A stretch of 64,000 nt of DNA from Candidatus Atabeyarchaeum deiterrae (GTDB lineage: Archaea > Asgardarchaeota > Atabeyarchaeia > Atabeyarchaeales > Atabeyarchaeaceae), in the NCBI GenBank assembly GCA_037310415.1, contig CP147780.1, positions 2,692,680 to 2,756,679 of the forward strand. Reading direction: 5' to 3'. A program made the translations under genes and the position numbers. Shown piece after piece: positions 27,856-37,215 of this stretch. The notes beneath the pieces were generated by a model that ran no database searches, was not told the origin of the DNA, and saw nothing but the letters and a program-made list of their open reading frames with translations. Each line of letters begins with the position of its first letter. The stretch's first letter is position 1.

Positions 27856-28992
27856 TCAGGGCATACCGTATATTTTTCTTTCCAGGGTTGAAATTCGCTC
27901 AGAGCCAGAGGCTTTAACGACGAAAGTGTCCTCGATACCCACGAGACCTTGGTTCGAGAGAGTCCATATTTCTATATCCACTACGTTATTCTTCGCGAAG
28001 GGAAGTTCCGAAGCCCCTCTCATGGCGTCGTAATAGTGAAATTCCTCTATGAGAAGCCCGACACTGTGAATAGTTAAGAAGAAGGGCATATCTTTCGCGG
28101 CTTTCTTATGAGCTGCCTCGGTGGCTTCGTAGGCCTTTCCTGGCTTCACTCCTGGCTTGACTGCATCTATGCAGACCTGCTGAAGTTCAACCATGAAGTC
28201 ACTAGCTTCTTTCAGATCTTTGGCTGGGGCACCTATTGATGCGTGACGACTCACGTCGGAACCATATCCTGCGTATATAGCGCCGACATCAAATCTGGCA
28301 AGGTCACCTTTCTTCATTTTTACTCCTGTTCCTGGATACTCTGGGTCGCTAGTTCCTATACCTAGCGTGATGTGGTCGACTCCCATTCCACCCGCATTTA
28401 TAATTTCCGCTTTCGCGATCCTGATTAAATCGTTATCTGAAACGCCTTCCTTGACGGAGCTAATCATTGCTTCGATTGCTTTCTCGGCTACTCTGGTTGA
28501 TTCTTTTATTCTCCTGATCTCTTCTTCACTTTTCTCAAGCCGCATCTCAATGAAGATGTCATCTGAAATCCTGACCTTTGCCCTCGGGAATTCCTTGGCT
28601 AGTCGCTCATACTGATAGTACGGCATCTTGGATTCTATTCCGATTGTTCCTGTTTCAGTTAATCCAGAGTCCCTCACAATTGAGGTTAGGCTATTTAGGG
28701 CATCGTCCATAGAGAGAATTCCACTGAACTCCTTAATCCAAGTGGCTTTGTTGGTGCTGCTGAAAAGTTGCCATGAAATAAGTGCTTCTTCTCCATCCTT
28801 CTTGACGACTACTATTGTGGGATACTGATTTGACAGGACATAGAGAATTGGATTGTTTTCGACGTGCCTTACAGGCATGCCGCTCGCGTAGAAAATGTTC
28901 TCAGGTGAAGATGCTACTAAGACATCGACACCCTTGCTTTCCATTAGCTTGACAGCTTTCTTCTTGTTGAAACCTATAGGCTCCATTCTCAA
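27856..28992 (-). CDS. M24 (Xaa-Pro peptidase/creatinase-like) family protein, copy 1
   Basis: ENIFYASG, RLEKSEEEI, D..GYGSD, HSVG, DIE, GIEDT. Confidence 0.85.
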   Translation of the reverse strand: MRMEPIGFNKKKAVKLMESKGVDVLVASSPENIFYASGMPVRHVENNPILYVLSNQYPTIVVVKKDGEEALISWQLFSSTNKATWIKEFSGILSMDDALNSLTSIVRDSGLTETGTIGIESKMPYYQYERLAKEFPRAKVRISDDIFIEMRLEKSEEEIRRIKESTRVAEKAIEAMISSVKEGVSDNDLIRIAKAEIINAGGMGVDHITLGIGTSDPEYPGTGVKMKKGDLARFDVGAIYAGYGSDVSRHASIGAPAKDLKEASDFMVELQQVCIDAVKPGVKPGKAYEATEAAHKKAAKDMPFFLTIHSVGLLIEEFHYYDAMRGASELPFAKNNVVDIEIWTLSNQGLVGIEDTFVVKASGSERISTLERKIYGMP

Positions 28993-29086
28993 ATCACTCC
29001 TAGACGAAGGTTGATCACGTTTTTTCTTAATGCTTGTTTCTAGATCGACTCAATCTCAGAACTAGAATATTCACATTTCCTCGCTA

Positions 29087-30235
29087 CTAGACTCTATAAA
29101 TTCTTCTCTCAAGAGTCGACAGTTCTTTGCAGCCTGAGTCTGTGACGAGGTACGGATCTCCTACGCCTATAAGACCTTGCGGAGGAAAAACTGTGGAACA
29201 ATCAACGTCGATTACCATACTCTTCTTGAAGACAATCGGGGAAGCCCCCAAGACAGTGTCGTACAAAGTACATTCTTCAATTGATAGCCCCACGCTGTGA
29301 ATTGACAGGAAAAAGAACGCTTCGCCTCCGCCTCTCCTGTAGACGTTATACGCGGCATTCACGGCATCTAGAGGCTTCACTCCAGGCTTGATAGCATCGA
29401 CGCAAGCCCTTTGAACCTCTATCATCAGCTTGTTTGCCGTCTCAGCACTCCTGTCGTAGGTGCCAACGATGGCGTATCGGGCGACATCAGAACAGTATCC
29501 TTCATGGATCGCTCCCACATCGAATCGAACGAGGTCACCTTTCTTCATGGTAATCCCAGTCTTGGGGTATTCAGGATCACTGCTGCCTATTCCCAGCGTG
29601 ATGTGGTTAACTCCTGCCGTTTCCTCGTCGATAATTCTTCTCCTAGCGACTCTTACAAGGTCGGTGTCCGATACCCCTTCTTTGGCATAGCCAATCATTG
29701 TTTCAACGGTCTTCTCAGCTATCCTCGTTGATTCCTTTATTCTTCTGATCTCTTCCTCGCTTTTCTCGAGTCGCATATCCGTGAAGATGTCATCTGATAC
29801 CCTGATCTTCACGTCTGGAAATACCTTGGTTAGCCAGTAAAACTGGTAGTACGGCATTCCTGACTCTATTCCGATTGTTCCATCTTGAGGCAGACCTGTT
29901 TCTTCAATTAACGACTCGAGTCGCTGCAAAGCTTCGCTTCTGGAAAGTATGCCAACAACTTTCCTAACCCAGCTGACGCTCTCAACACTTCTAAAAAGCT
30001 GCCACGTTATTAGAGCTTCTTCTCCATCCTGTGGAATAATCACGATACTCGGGTACTGGTTGAACAAAACGTATAGAATTGGGTTACTCTCAGCGTACCC
30101 CACCGGAATGCCACTCGTGTAGAAGACGTTCTCAGAGGAGGAGGCTATTAAAATGTCGACGCCTTTGTCCTGCATTAGCTTGGAACCTTTCTTCTTGTCG
30201 TACCCGATAGGCTCCATTTCACTCCTGGCTCCCAA
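29087..30235 (-). CDS. M24 family protein, copy 2 (degenerate metal site)
   Basis: Close paralog of copy 1; DVD and GVGDP occupy the positions of the two Glu ligands. Confidence 0.82.
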   Translation of the reverse strand: MGARSEMEPIGYDKKKGSKLMQDKGVDILIASSSENVFYTSGIPVGYAESNPILYVLFNQYPSIVIIPQDGEEALITWQLFRSVESVSWVRKVVGILSRSEALQRLESLIEETGLPQDGTIGIESGMPYYQFYWLTKVFPDVKIRVSDDIFTDMRLEKSEEEIRRIKESTRIAEKTVETMIGYAKEGVSDTDLVRVARRRIIDEETAGVNHITLGIGSSDPEYPKTGITMKKGDLVRFDVGAIHEGYCSDVARYAIVGTYDRSAETANKLMIEVQRACVDAIKPGVKPLDAVNAAYNVYRRGGGEAFFFLSIHSVGLSIEECTLYDTVLGASPIVFKKSMVIDVDCSTVFPPQGLIGVGDPYLVTDSGCKELSTLERRIYRV

Positions 30236-30429
30236 GTTTAGTTTCCGTTATTCCCCGTTCCTTGATTGGAAACCACATATATTCTCACAACCTTTTTAAG
30301 GTTATGTTGCGAATCTTCGCCTATTCTAGTGAAATCGCATGATCGACGCATATTTATGTTCATGATGCACTTCTTGACTGCAGTCAGTTACATGAAAGAA
30401 AGTCTCTTTTGGAAGGAGGCTTCTATATC

Positions 30430-31485
30430 GTGGGGAAAGTTCGTGTCGGCATCATTGGAGCTGGATCTGCTGGACTTCTTCATGCATTGTCCTACAGCCT
30501 GATTCCTGAGAAGGCTCGGCTAGTAGCTGTGTGCGACATTAGTGAGAATGCTGCTAAGGGCATTGCAAAAGCATACAAGGCTGGTAAAACCTACACTGAT
30601 TACAGGAAGATGCTTGAGCAGAAAGATATTGACGCAGTTTCGGTCTGCTTGCCACACTTCTTGCATGCCGAGGTCACTGAGGCTGCAGCAAGAGAAGGAA
30701 AACACGTGTTGTGCGAGAAGCCGATGGCTACAACACTAAAAGAATGTGATAGAATGATCAACGCCGCTAAGAAGGCTAGTGTCAAACTCATGATAGCAGA
30801 GAATCACAGGTGGACGCCTGCACACATAGCGATGAAAGAGGCTCTGGATCAAGGAAAGATTGGCGATGTCATCCTTGCGCGCACATATGAGGTTGTAGAT
30901 GAACGCACCAACATGAGCAATCCTACCCTGTGGAAAGGCACGTCTGACAGAGCGGGAGGCGGCTCACTTATGGATCAAGGTGTTCACAAGGCAGCTATGT
31001 TGAGGTGGTTCTGCGGCGACGTCAAAAGCGTCTACTGCTGGACGAGTCAACAGATGATCAGGTTGCCGAACAAGGCTGAGGATACAGCTATGATGTTTCT
31101 GAAGTTCGAGAAGGGAGCTATCGCGGATTTGCTTCTCAGCTTCGCCCCTATAGCTTACTTCAACAACTCATTTGAGCTCTATGGAACTCACGGGACAATT
31201 CTCGAAGATCACGCATGGAGCGATCCCGTCCGCATCTTTTCAACTAAGCCCGGCAAGGAAAGCTACAAGTGGATTACTCCAAAGGTGGAGCATCAACCTT
31301 ACCCAGGCTACTATAGGATCTCTTTCAGACTTGAAGCCGAGCATTTTGTTGACAGTATATTGCAGGATAGAAAGCCGGAGCTGAGCGGAGAGGATGGCAG
31401 GGCTGCAGTCGAGGTAGCACTCTTAGGATATCACTCCGCCAAAATCGGAAAGGAAGTCATGAGAGGAGAAGTGCAACTCCCTTAG
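30430..31485 (+). CDS. Gfo/Idh/MocA family oxidoreductase
   Basis: GIIGAG, GKHVLCEKPMA, GGGSLMDQGVH; GTG start follows GGAGG. Confidence 0.9.
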   Translation: MGKVRVGIIGAGSAGLLHALSYSLIPEKARLVAVCDISENAAKGIAKAYKAGKTYTDYRKMLEQKDIDAVSVCLPHFLHAEVTEAAAREGKHVLCEKPMATTLKECDRMINAAKKASVKLMIAENHRWTPAHIAMKEALDQGKIGDVILARTYEVVDERTNMSNPTLWKGTSDRAGGGSLMDQGVHKAAMLRWFCGDVKSVYCWTSQQMIRLPNKAEDTAMMFLKFEKGAIADLLLSFAPIAYFNNSFELYGTHGTILEDHAWSDPVRIFSTKPGKESYKWITPKVEHQPYPGYYRISFRLEAEHFVDSILQDRKPELSGEDGRAAVEVALLGYHSAKIGKEVMRGEVQLP

Positions 31486-33281
31486 GTCTGATTCTTGGAT
31501 TTGCGCAGATACTCGGGTATTGGAACGTCCCACCAACCACTGCCTAGACCTTCCGAGTATGGATGCTCTATTGGTATCATGGTTTCTATGAGCGATGGCT
31601 TACCTGAATCGATGCAGTTCTTGATAGCGACTTTGAGCTCACCCGGTTTCTCTACTCGTTCAGCGTGGCACTTGTATGCCTCAGCGACTTTCGCGAAGTC
31701 AGGCGTATATCGTTCTCCAGATCTATCAATAAATTCAGTCGCATAGTCTCTTCCTTTGCCATATTTGTCTATTTGGAGGTCTCTGATTGAGCCAAACATC
31801 TGGTTGTTCAGCAGGCAGTGTATTATTGGTATGTCGAATTGCACTGCTGTCGCCAGTTCATGACCGCACATGAAGAAGTCTCCGTCTCCGCCTATACTCA
31901 CAACAGTGCGTTCTGGCTTTGCCAACTTTGCGCCTAGTGCCGCTGGGATACACCACCCCATTGTCGAAAAGCCGCCAGATGATAGGTGTGTTCTCGCCTC
32001 ATATATCGGGAACTCTTGAAACAGTTGAGCTTGTGCATGTCCAGCTGAACCGACGAAGATGGTTTTTCGATCAAGTGTATCGCGCAGTTCTTTTAGAAAG
32101 AGCGATGTGGTTATCTTGCCTCCAACGACTTTCTGAAGTGACTTGATCTTTGCGAACCAATCTTCTTTACCTTTCTTCAATTCTTTGAAGTAAGTTGATG
32201 TTTGGTAGTCTTTTCTTTTAGCGATCTTTCCAACTGCCTCGAAGAGGTCGGCAAGAACTGTTTTCGCGTCTCCCACGATGCCTACTTCGACTGGGTAGTT
32301 TTTTCCTATCTCGGTTGGGTCGATGTCAACCTGGATCAGCTTCGTAGGTGGGATTGAGTAAGTCACTCCAAGTTTGTAGGAGCTTGTCGATTGGTCGGAG
32401 AATCTGCAACCAACTGCTAGTATCACATCGGCCTCACGCGCAACTTTGTTTCCTATGTCCGAGCCTTTTGCTCCTCCGTAGAAAGCTGAAAGAGGATGGT
32501 CTTCGGGAATCGCGCCCTTTCCCATAAGCGTGGTGATGACAGGTGCACCAGTGAACTCTGCAAAGGCAATTAATTCATGGGAGGCGTCTGCTAGGATAAC
32601 GCCGCCTCCTGCGACGATAACTGGACGTTGAGCCTTCGCGAGGAGCTTGGCAGCATCTAATATTCTCTCTGGATCTGCTCTGATTCGCCCAGTGGGTCTA
32701 TGGCGAATTGGATCTGGGATTTCGGTTTCAATGGAGTTTGCCTGAATATCCATTGGGAGAGTTATATGGACTGGTCCAGGCCTACCTGTCAGCGCCCATC
32801 TGAACGCGTCAGGAAGAACTTTCGGTAGCTGATCGACTCTACTGATGTTCCAGGTGCGTTTGACAATTGGGCGCATTACGCTGTAGAAGTCTGCCCAAAT
32901 CTGTCTGTCTATTTCCTGGAAAATCCCTCTTCCAAATGAGTAAGAGTGAGTTTCGCCTGTGAAGAGAATCATAGCTGTGGAATCAACATAGGCAGTGGCG
33001 GCGCCAATCACGAGATTGGCTGCGCCAGGTCCAATAGAGGTTAGTACTGCAAGGGGTTTGCCACTCGCTCTGAAATACCCGTCAGCTAGGTGTGCAGCTG
33101 ATTGCTCATGCCGAACTTGGATCATGGATATCTTGTCGCTCCGATCTCTGAGAGCGTCAATCAGTCCGAGATTTCCGTGCCCGGGAATTCCAACTGCATA
33201 AGGGATATTTTCCTTGACGAGATATTCAGCAACAATCTCGCCACCAGTATAGCGCGGCAATCCAGAAAAACACTCCATCAA
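31482..33281 (-). CDS. thiamine-diphosphate enzyme (acetolactate synthase/IolD-like)
   Basis: GIPGHGN, RHEQ, TSIGPG, GRPGPV, GDGDF...NN. Confidence 0.88.
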   Translation of the reverse strand: MMECFSGLPRYTGGEIVAEYLVKENIPYAVGIPGHGNLGLIDALRDRSDKISMIQVRHEQSAAHLADGYFRASGKPLAVLTSIGPGAANLVIGAATAYVDSTAMILFTGETHSYSFGRGIFQEIDRQIWADFYSVMRPIVKRTWNISRVDQLPKVLPDAFRWALTGRPGPVHITLPMDIQANSIETEIPDPIRHRPTGRIRADPERILDAAKLLAKAQRPVIVAGGGVILADASHELIAFAEFTGAPVITTLMGKGAIPEDHPLSAFYGGAKGSDIGNKVAREADVILAVGCRFSDQSTSSYKLGVTYSIPPTKLIQVDIDPTEIGKNYPVEVGIVGDAKTVLADLFEAVGKIAKRKDYQTSTYFKELKKGKEDWFAKIKSLQKVVGGKITTSLFLKELRDTLDRKTIFVGSAGHAQAQLFQEFPIYEARTHLSSGGFSTMGWCIPAALGAKLAKPERTVVSIGGDGDFFMCGHELATAVQFDIPIIHCLLNNQMFGSIRDLQIDKYGKGRDYATEFIDRSGERYTPDFAKVAEAYKCHAERVEKPGELKVAIKNCIDSGKPSLIETMIPIEHPYSEGLGSGWWDVPIPEYLRKSKNQT

Positions 33282-33343
33282 CTTTTTCTGAATAGTATAG
33301 TTAGAGTTGGTTCCAGTATCTATTAAAACATACGGGTCCCCTT

Positions 33344-33616
33344 ATGCTTTGGCGAGTGCACTTTCAAAATGTCAGACATAAGAGATATATTCCAGAGCTC
33401 ATAATCTTGCTGAAACATGCTTCCGCTTCGCTGATAGCGCTAGCTTTTATTCTAACGCGCTCTATCGTAGGACAATCAAGAAAGCTTGGTGCTAAGACAA
33501 CATTATGCGCCAATTGCGGTGCTCGTCTTCAGGAGGGAGCCACGTATTGCTCATGGTGTGGCTTTCCATCCAAGACGGATAAACCATTGAGAGCGCGAGC
33601 CTTTAATAGAAGCTAG
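33344..33616 (+). CDS. small protein with a hydrophobic segment and zinc ribbon
   Basis: CANCG...YCSWCG; start uncertain. Confidence 0.45.
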   Translation: MLWRVHFQNVRHKRYIPELIILLKHASASLIALAFILTRSIVGQSRKLGAKTTLCANCGARLQEGATYCSWCGFPSKTDKPLRARAFNRS

Positions 33617-33677
33617 AAGAATCCTACAAGAAAAGCTACGGAAAAGCTCTTCACATTCAATTGGAGGATGTTGCTCC

Positions 33678-34202
33678 ATGAAAGTATTAGTCGCATATTA
33701 CAGCGATACCGGTAACACGGAGAAAATCGCCAAAGCTATTTTTGAAGAAGCTTCAAAGAAAGACAAAGTAGATTTGAAGAAGATCAAAGATGTGACAGTG
33801 GACAACCTGAACGACTATGACTTCGTCTTCTTAGGTTCACCTTGCATCGCTGGTGACATAGCTACCCCAGTAAAGAAGCTTCTCACAGCTATTCCTAAGT
33901 CACCAAAGTTCAAACTTGCAGCTTTCCTCACGCACATGTCTCCTGTTTCCGAGCAGCATGACGGTTACGGAAGATGCTTAGTTTCTTTCGAAAATGCAAA
34001 AAAGGAAAAGCAAGTCGACTTCAAGGGAAGTTTCGATTGCCAAGGCGGACCTGCACCCAGAGTGCAGGAATTAGTGAAGCAGGGCAGGAATGTACCTGCC
34101 GATTTGTTTGAGAAACTAATGGCAGAAGCAAGAAAGCATCCGAGCCCCGAGGATCAAAAGGGAGCAAAGGAGTTTGCCAGACAGGTACTACAGAAGATCT
34201 GA
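33678..34202 (+). CDS. flavodoxin family protein
   Basis: YYSDTGNTEKIA, FLGSP. Confidence 0.88.
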   Translation: MKVLVAYYSDTGNTEKIAKAIFEEASKKDKVDLKKIKDVTVDNLNDYDFVFLGSPCIAGDIATPVKKLLTAIPKSPKFKLAAFLTHMSPVSEQHDGYGRCLVSFENAKKEKQVDFKGSFDCQGGPAPRVQELVKQGRNVPADLFEKLMAEARKHPSPEDQKGAKEFARQVLQKI

Positions 34203-34293
34203 AAAAGCTAGTGAAACTCCTGAAAGAGGGAAGCCAGAGAATATTGGATTGCCGCTAAGGCCAGCCCTCGAAAGCCACTGAACAAATCTGTTA

Positions 34294-34755
34294 TTATGCT
34301 CCGACTTCTGTACTCTGCAACCTTTTCCTCTCAGTGACTACTTTCCGTGCCTTCTGGAGCTCAACTATGTTTGACAGTGAGTTGAGAGCAATTACGGCGG
34401 CCATGAGTATTGCTATGAGGCTTATGTCAAGGGTTATTGTTAAACCTGGGCCGACAGTGTAATCGGCTGGTGTTCCCAATAGGAAGTAGATGTACGCAGC
34501 GCTGAACAGAGAGCTTGCTATCCCAGCCAAAGCCCAAACAACCGAGTTCTTCGGGAATGCTCCCCTGCAGAATGCTATTACTGCTATAAAGACACCGATT
34601 GACGTGATACTGAGAGTTCTCACTGCACCCAGCGACAGCGCCGGATAGAGTAGTGCCAGTTGCTGAAGAATTAAGTTGGGCAGAATTATCCAGAAGACGA
34701 CTGAATAAACAGCATTAATCACACCGCGCGAGAAACTAAATCGTGTTCTACTCAT
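34294..34755 (-). CDS. hypothetical 4-TM membrane protein
   Basis: Four hydrophobic segments and a basic tail. Confidence 0.7.
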   Translation of the reverse strand: MSRTRFSFSRGVINAVYSVVFWIILPNLILQQLALLYPALSLGAVRTLSITSIGVFIAVIAFCRGAFPKNSVVWALAGIASSLFSAAYIYFLLGTPADYTVGPGLTITLDISLIAILMAAVIALNSLSNIVELQKARKVVTERKRLQSTEVGA

Positions 34756-34838
34756 GTGCTAGCCACCACCATCATTCGTATTTTGCTGAGTTGGATCTGA
34801 CTCCCTACGAATTGCTCTTGATCGGATTCGGTAAGCTG

Positions 34839-35267
34839 CTATGCCGTGATTGATTGAGTTGCATTAAGCGTGTACTTCATGAAACTATAGGCAAACTCAC
34901 TGTGCACGATGAGCGTCACCTGGTAGAGTTGTGGGGTAGAGGAGAGTCCCGTTATCTGAAGAATGATGACTCCGTTGTACGGATGACCCGCTGGTATACT
35001 AACCGGGAGTGTTGAGTTGCTGGCGGAGAAGGTGCTATTTGAAAGGTAGATTGCAACGTAGAAGTTATCTATGTTGTAGAACCCATTGTTAACTACAGCG
35101 TAATCCCAAGTGATCGTTATGTTTGGTGGACTGCCAGTTTGGGAACGGGCTCCTGGTGTGAAACCGAACGCGGGTGGAACGGCGGAAATCACTGTTGAAG
35201 CTGCGAATGCTAGGAATGCTACATTGGCGAGCGCTATTATTGTTTTGGTTGCTGTACTCATTTTCAT
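34839..35267 (-). CDS. N-terminally anchored extracellular beta-sandwich protein
   Basis: Signal/TM helix, beta-rich body, N-X-S/T sequons (NIT, NST x2, NAT). Confidence 0.65.
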   Translation of the reverse strand: MKMSTATKTIIALANVAFLAFAASTVISAVPPAFGFTPGARSQTGSPPNITITWDYAVVNNGFYNIDNFYVAIYLSNSTFSASNSTLPVSIPAGHPYNGVIILQITGLSSTPQLYQVTLIVHSEFAYSFMKYTLNATQSITA

Positions 35268-35535
35268 ATGGATGTAACCCTCCTTGAATTTTACAGGTGT
35301 TCTTCGTACGTTTCACGCACAAATGTTGTATTTTGTGGATATATATGTGTAACGACGTATTTAACATCTCGCCAAATACCTTCAGCAATGATAACCATGT
35401 TTGCATTACCTCAACCCCAAGCATCAATTGATTCATGGATTGATAATTGGGCAGTTTGTCCCGTGATTAGTCAAGCTTAATTAGGAACTGAGACCCAAAT
35501 CAAGAGTAGAAGCTTGTTGGAGGCGTATTTGTCCT

Positions 35536-36531
35536 TTGGGAAGTCTCGCTCAAGGTGCAAGAAATGCTGTACGAGTCTGCATGAGTGTCAGGAAAGGAGA
35601 ACACGTTCTGATCGTTAGTGACAAGCCTAGATTTGAGATTGGCAATGCGATCAAGAAAGAAGCCGAAGCCGTATCACCTGGCAACGTCGAAATCTATGTT
35701 TTGGAGGACTACTGTTCAAGACCAATGTCAGATCTCCCCGATAAGATTGCCACGAAGATACCTTGGGCGAATGTCACTTTTTGGGCAACCGAAGCCATGA
35801 AGGGAGAGGTCACGGGCAGGATGCAATTCCTGAGAACCGCACTGAAGTATGCTAGACATGGACATATGCCAAACATAACTAGGCAGATCATGGAGGATGC
35901 AATGTGCGCCGACTACAACGAGGTATACAGAGTTACGATGAAAGTCAACGAAGCCGTGAAGAATACCAAGAGAATAAAAGTGACTAATCCCGCCGGTACG
36001 AATTTGGAGGTTGAGCTCAACCCGCAATGGCGATGGAAGCCATCCCACGGCTTGTTTCACAAGAGAGGTGAATGGGGAAACTTGCCTGAAGGTGAGATCT
36101 TCACCGCAGCATACAAAGCGAATGGCGTCCTTGTAGTGGATCTACTTGGAGACTTCTTTGACAAGAAATACGGCATACTTACAGCCGACCCGCTTCGCAT
36201 CAAAGTGAAAGACTCAAGAGCAGACATAGGCGGCATTCAATGTAACAACCAGGAACTAAAGAAAGAGCTGCAAGCGTATCTGAAAACTGATGAGAACAGT
36301 AATCGTCTGGGAGAAACCGCACTCGGAACGAACACCTTCCTGAAGAAGTTAACAGGTAATCTTCTGCAAGATGAGAAGTTCCCTACAGTTCATTGTGCCT
36401 TTGGAAACCCCTATCCAGATGAGACTGGAGCTACATGGGATTCCAAGACGCATGTGGATTGCATCATGATCGACTCCAACGTCTGGATAGACAACAAGAA
36501 GATCATGGAAAAGGGAAAATACCTGCTCTAG
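35536..36531 (+). CDS. M29-type (thermophilic metalloprotease) aminopeptidase
   Basis: GNLPEGEIF, GETALGTN, LQDEK, HCAFG, HVD. Confidence 0.85.
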   Translation: MGSLAQGARNAVRVCMSVRKGEHVLIVSDKPRFEIGNAIKKEAEAVSPGNVEIYVLEDYCSRPMSDLPDKIATKIPWANVTFWATEAMKGEVTGRMQFLRTALKYARHGHMPNITRQIMEDAMCADYNEVYRVTMKVNEAVKNTKRIKVTNPAGTNLEVELNPQWRWKPSHGLFHKRGEWGNLPEGEIFTAAYKANGVLVVDLLGDFFDKKYGILTADPLRIKVKDSRADIGGIQCNNQELKKELQAYLKTDENSNRLGETALGTNTFLKKLTGNLLQDEKFPTVHCAFGNPYPDETGATWDSKTHVDCIMIDSNVWIDNKKIMEKGKYLL

Positions 36532-36707
36532 GCATGGAAAAGGGAAACTCAACAGGGTCCTGAGGACCTCATACCCCACGAAGTACATTGCATATCCAGT
36601 TTTTCCTGATATGGACGAGTCTTGCTCTGAGGAGAGAAATAGGTAGAATCAGTCGGTCCTAAGTCTTCTCATGCATCGAGGGACCATCTCGGATACGAGA
36701 AAGATTT

Positions 36708-36956
36708 CTAGTCGACGTTCTTTATGCCTTTTATATCCCAGTTGTCTTCGACCCTTAGAACAATCGAAGTGTGGAAGTTCCTGTGAGTTTTCGGGCATCT
36801 CAGTATCGCGCCGAGCTGTCTACTGGACTGCCCAGCGGATTGCGGCACGAAGCTTTTTCCTGCCATGGTGTTAGGTCTCTCTAGCAGCATATTGACCGTA
36901 TGTGTGCCCTTGCATTTCGGGCAAGATACGCTAACACTTTTCTCTTGTGTCTCCAA
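36708..36956 (-). CDS. small putative zinc-binding protein
   Basis: CPKC...H...CPKTH; TTG start follows GGGAG. Confidence 0.6.
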   Translation of the reverse strand: METQEKSVSVSCPKCKGTHTVNMLLERPNTMAGKSFVPQSAGQSSRQLGAILRCPKTHRNFHTSIVLRVEDNWDIKGIKNVD

Positions 36957-37215
36957 TTCCCGTCTCCCTTAGAGAACATTACGGTAATACCTTATTATAT
37001 TTTGCCCAGCATCAAGTCAGTGGGAAATTCCTATAAAACTAGGTGTTCGAGAGCATTTTCTGTCAATTTAGCTGCTTATCCTGCCATGATTTGGTGTGAT
37101 AACGGTCTTATGTTAGAATCGCAACCATGGACCCTCTACAGACTCTCGACACCTAAAGAATCATATTTCGTTCTATTCATTAGTAGTGTTCTGGCAGATA
37201 ACCAGAGGGAGCCGG

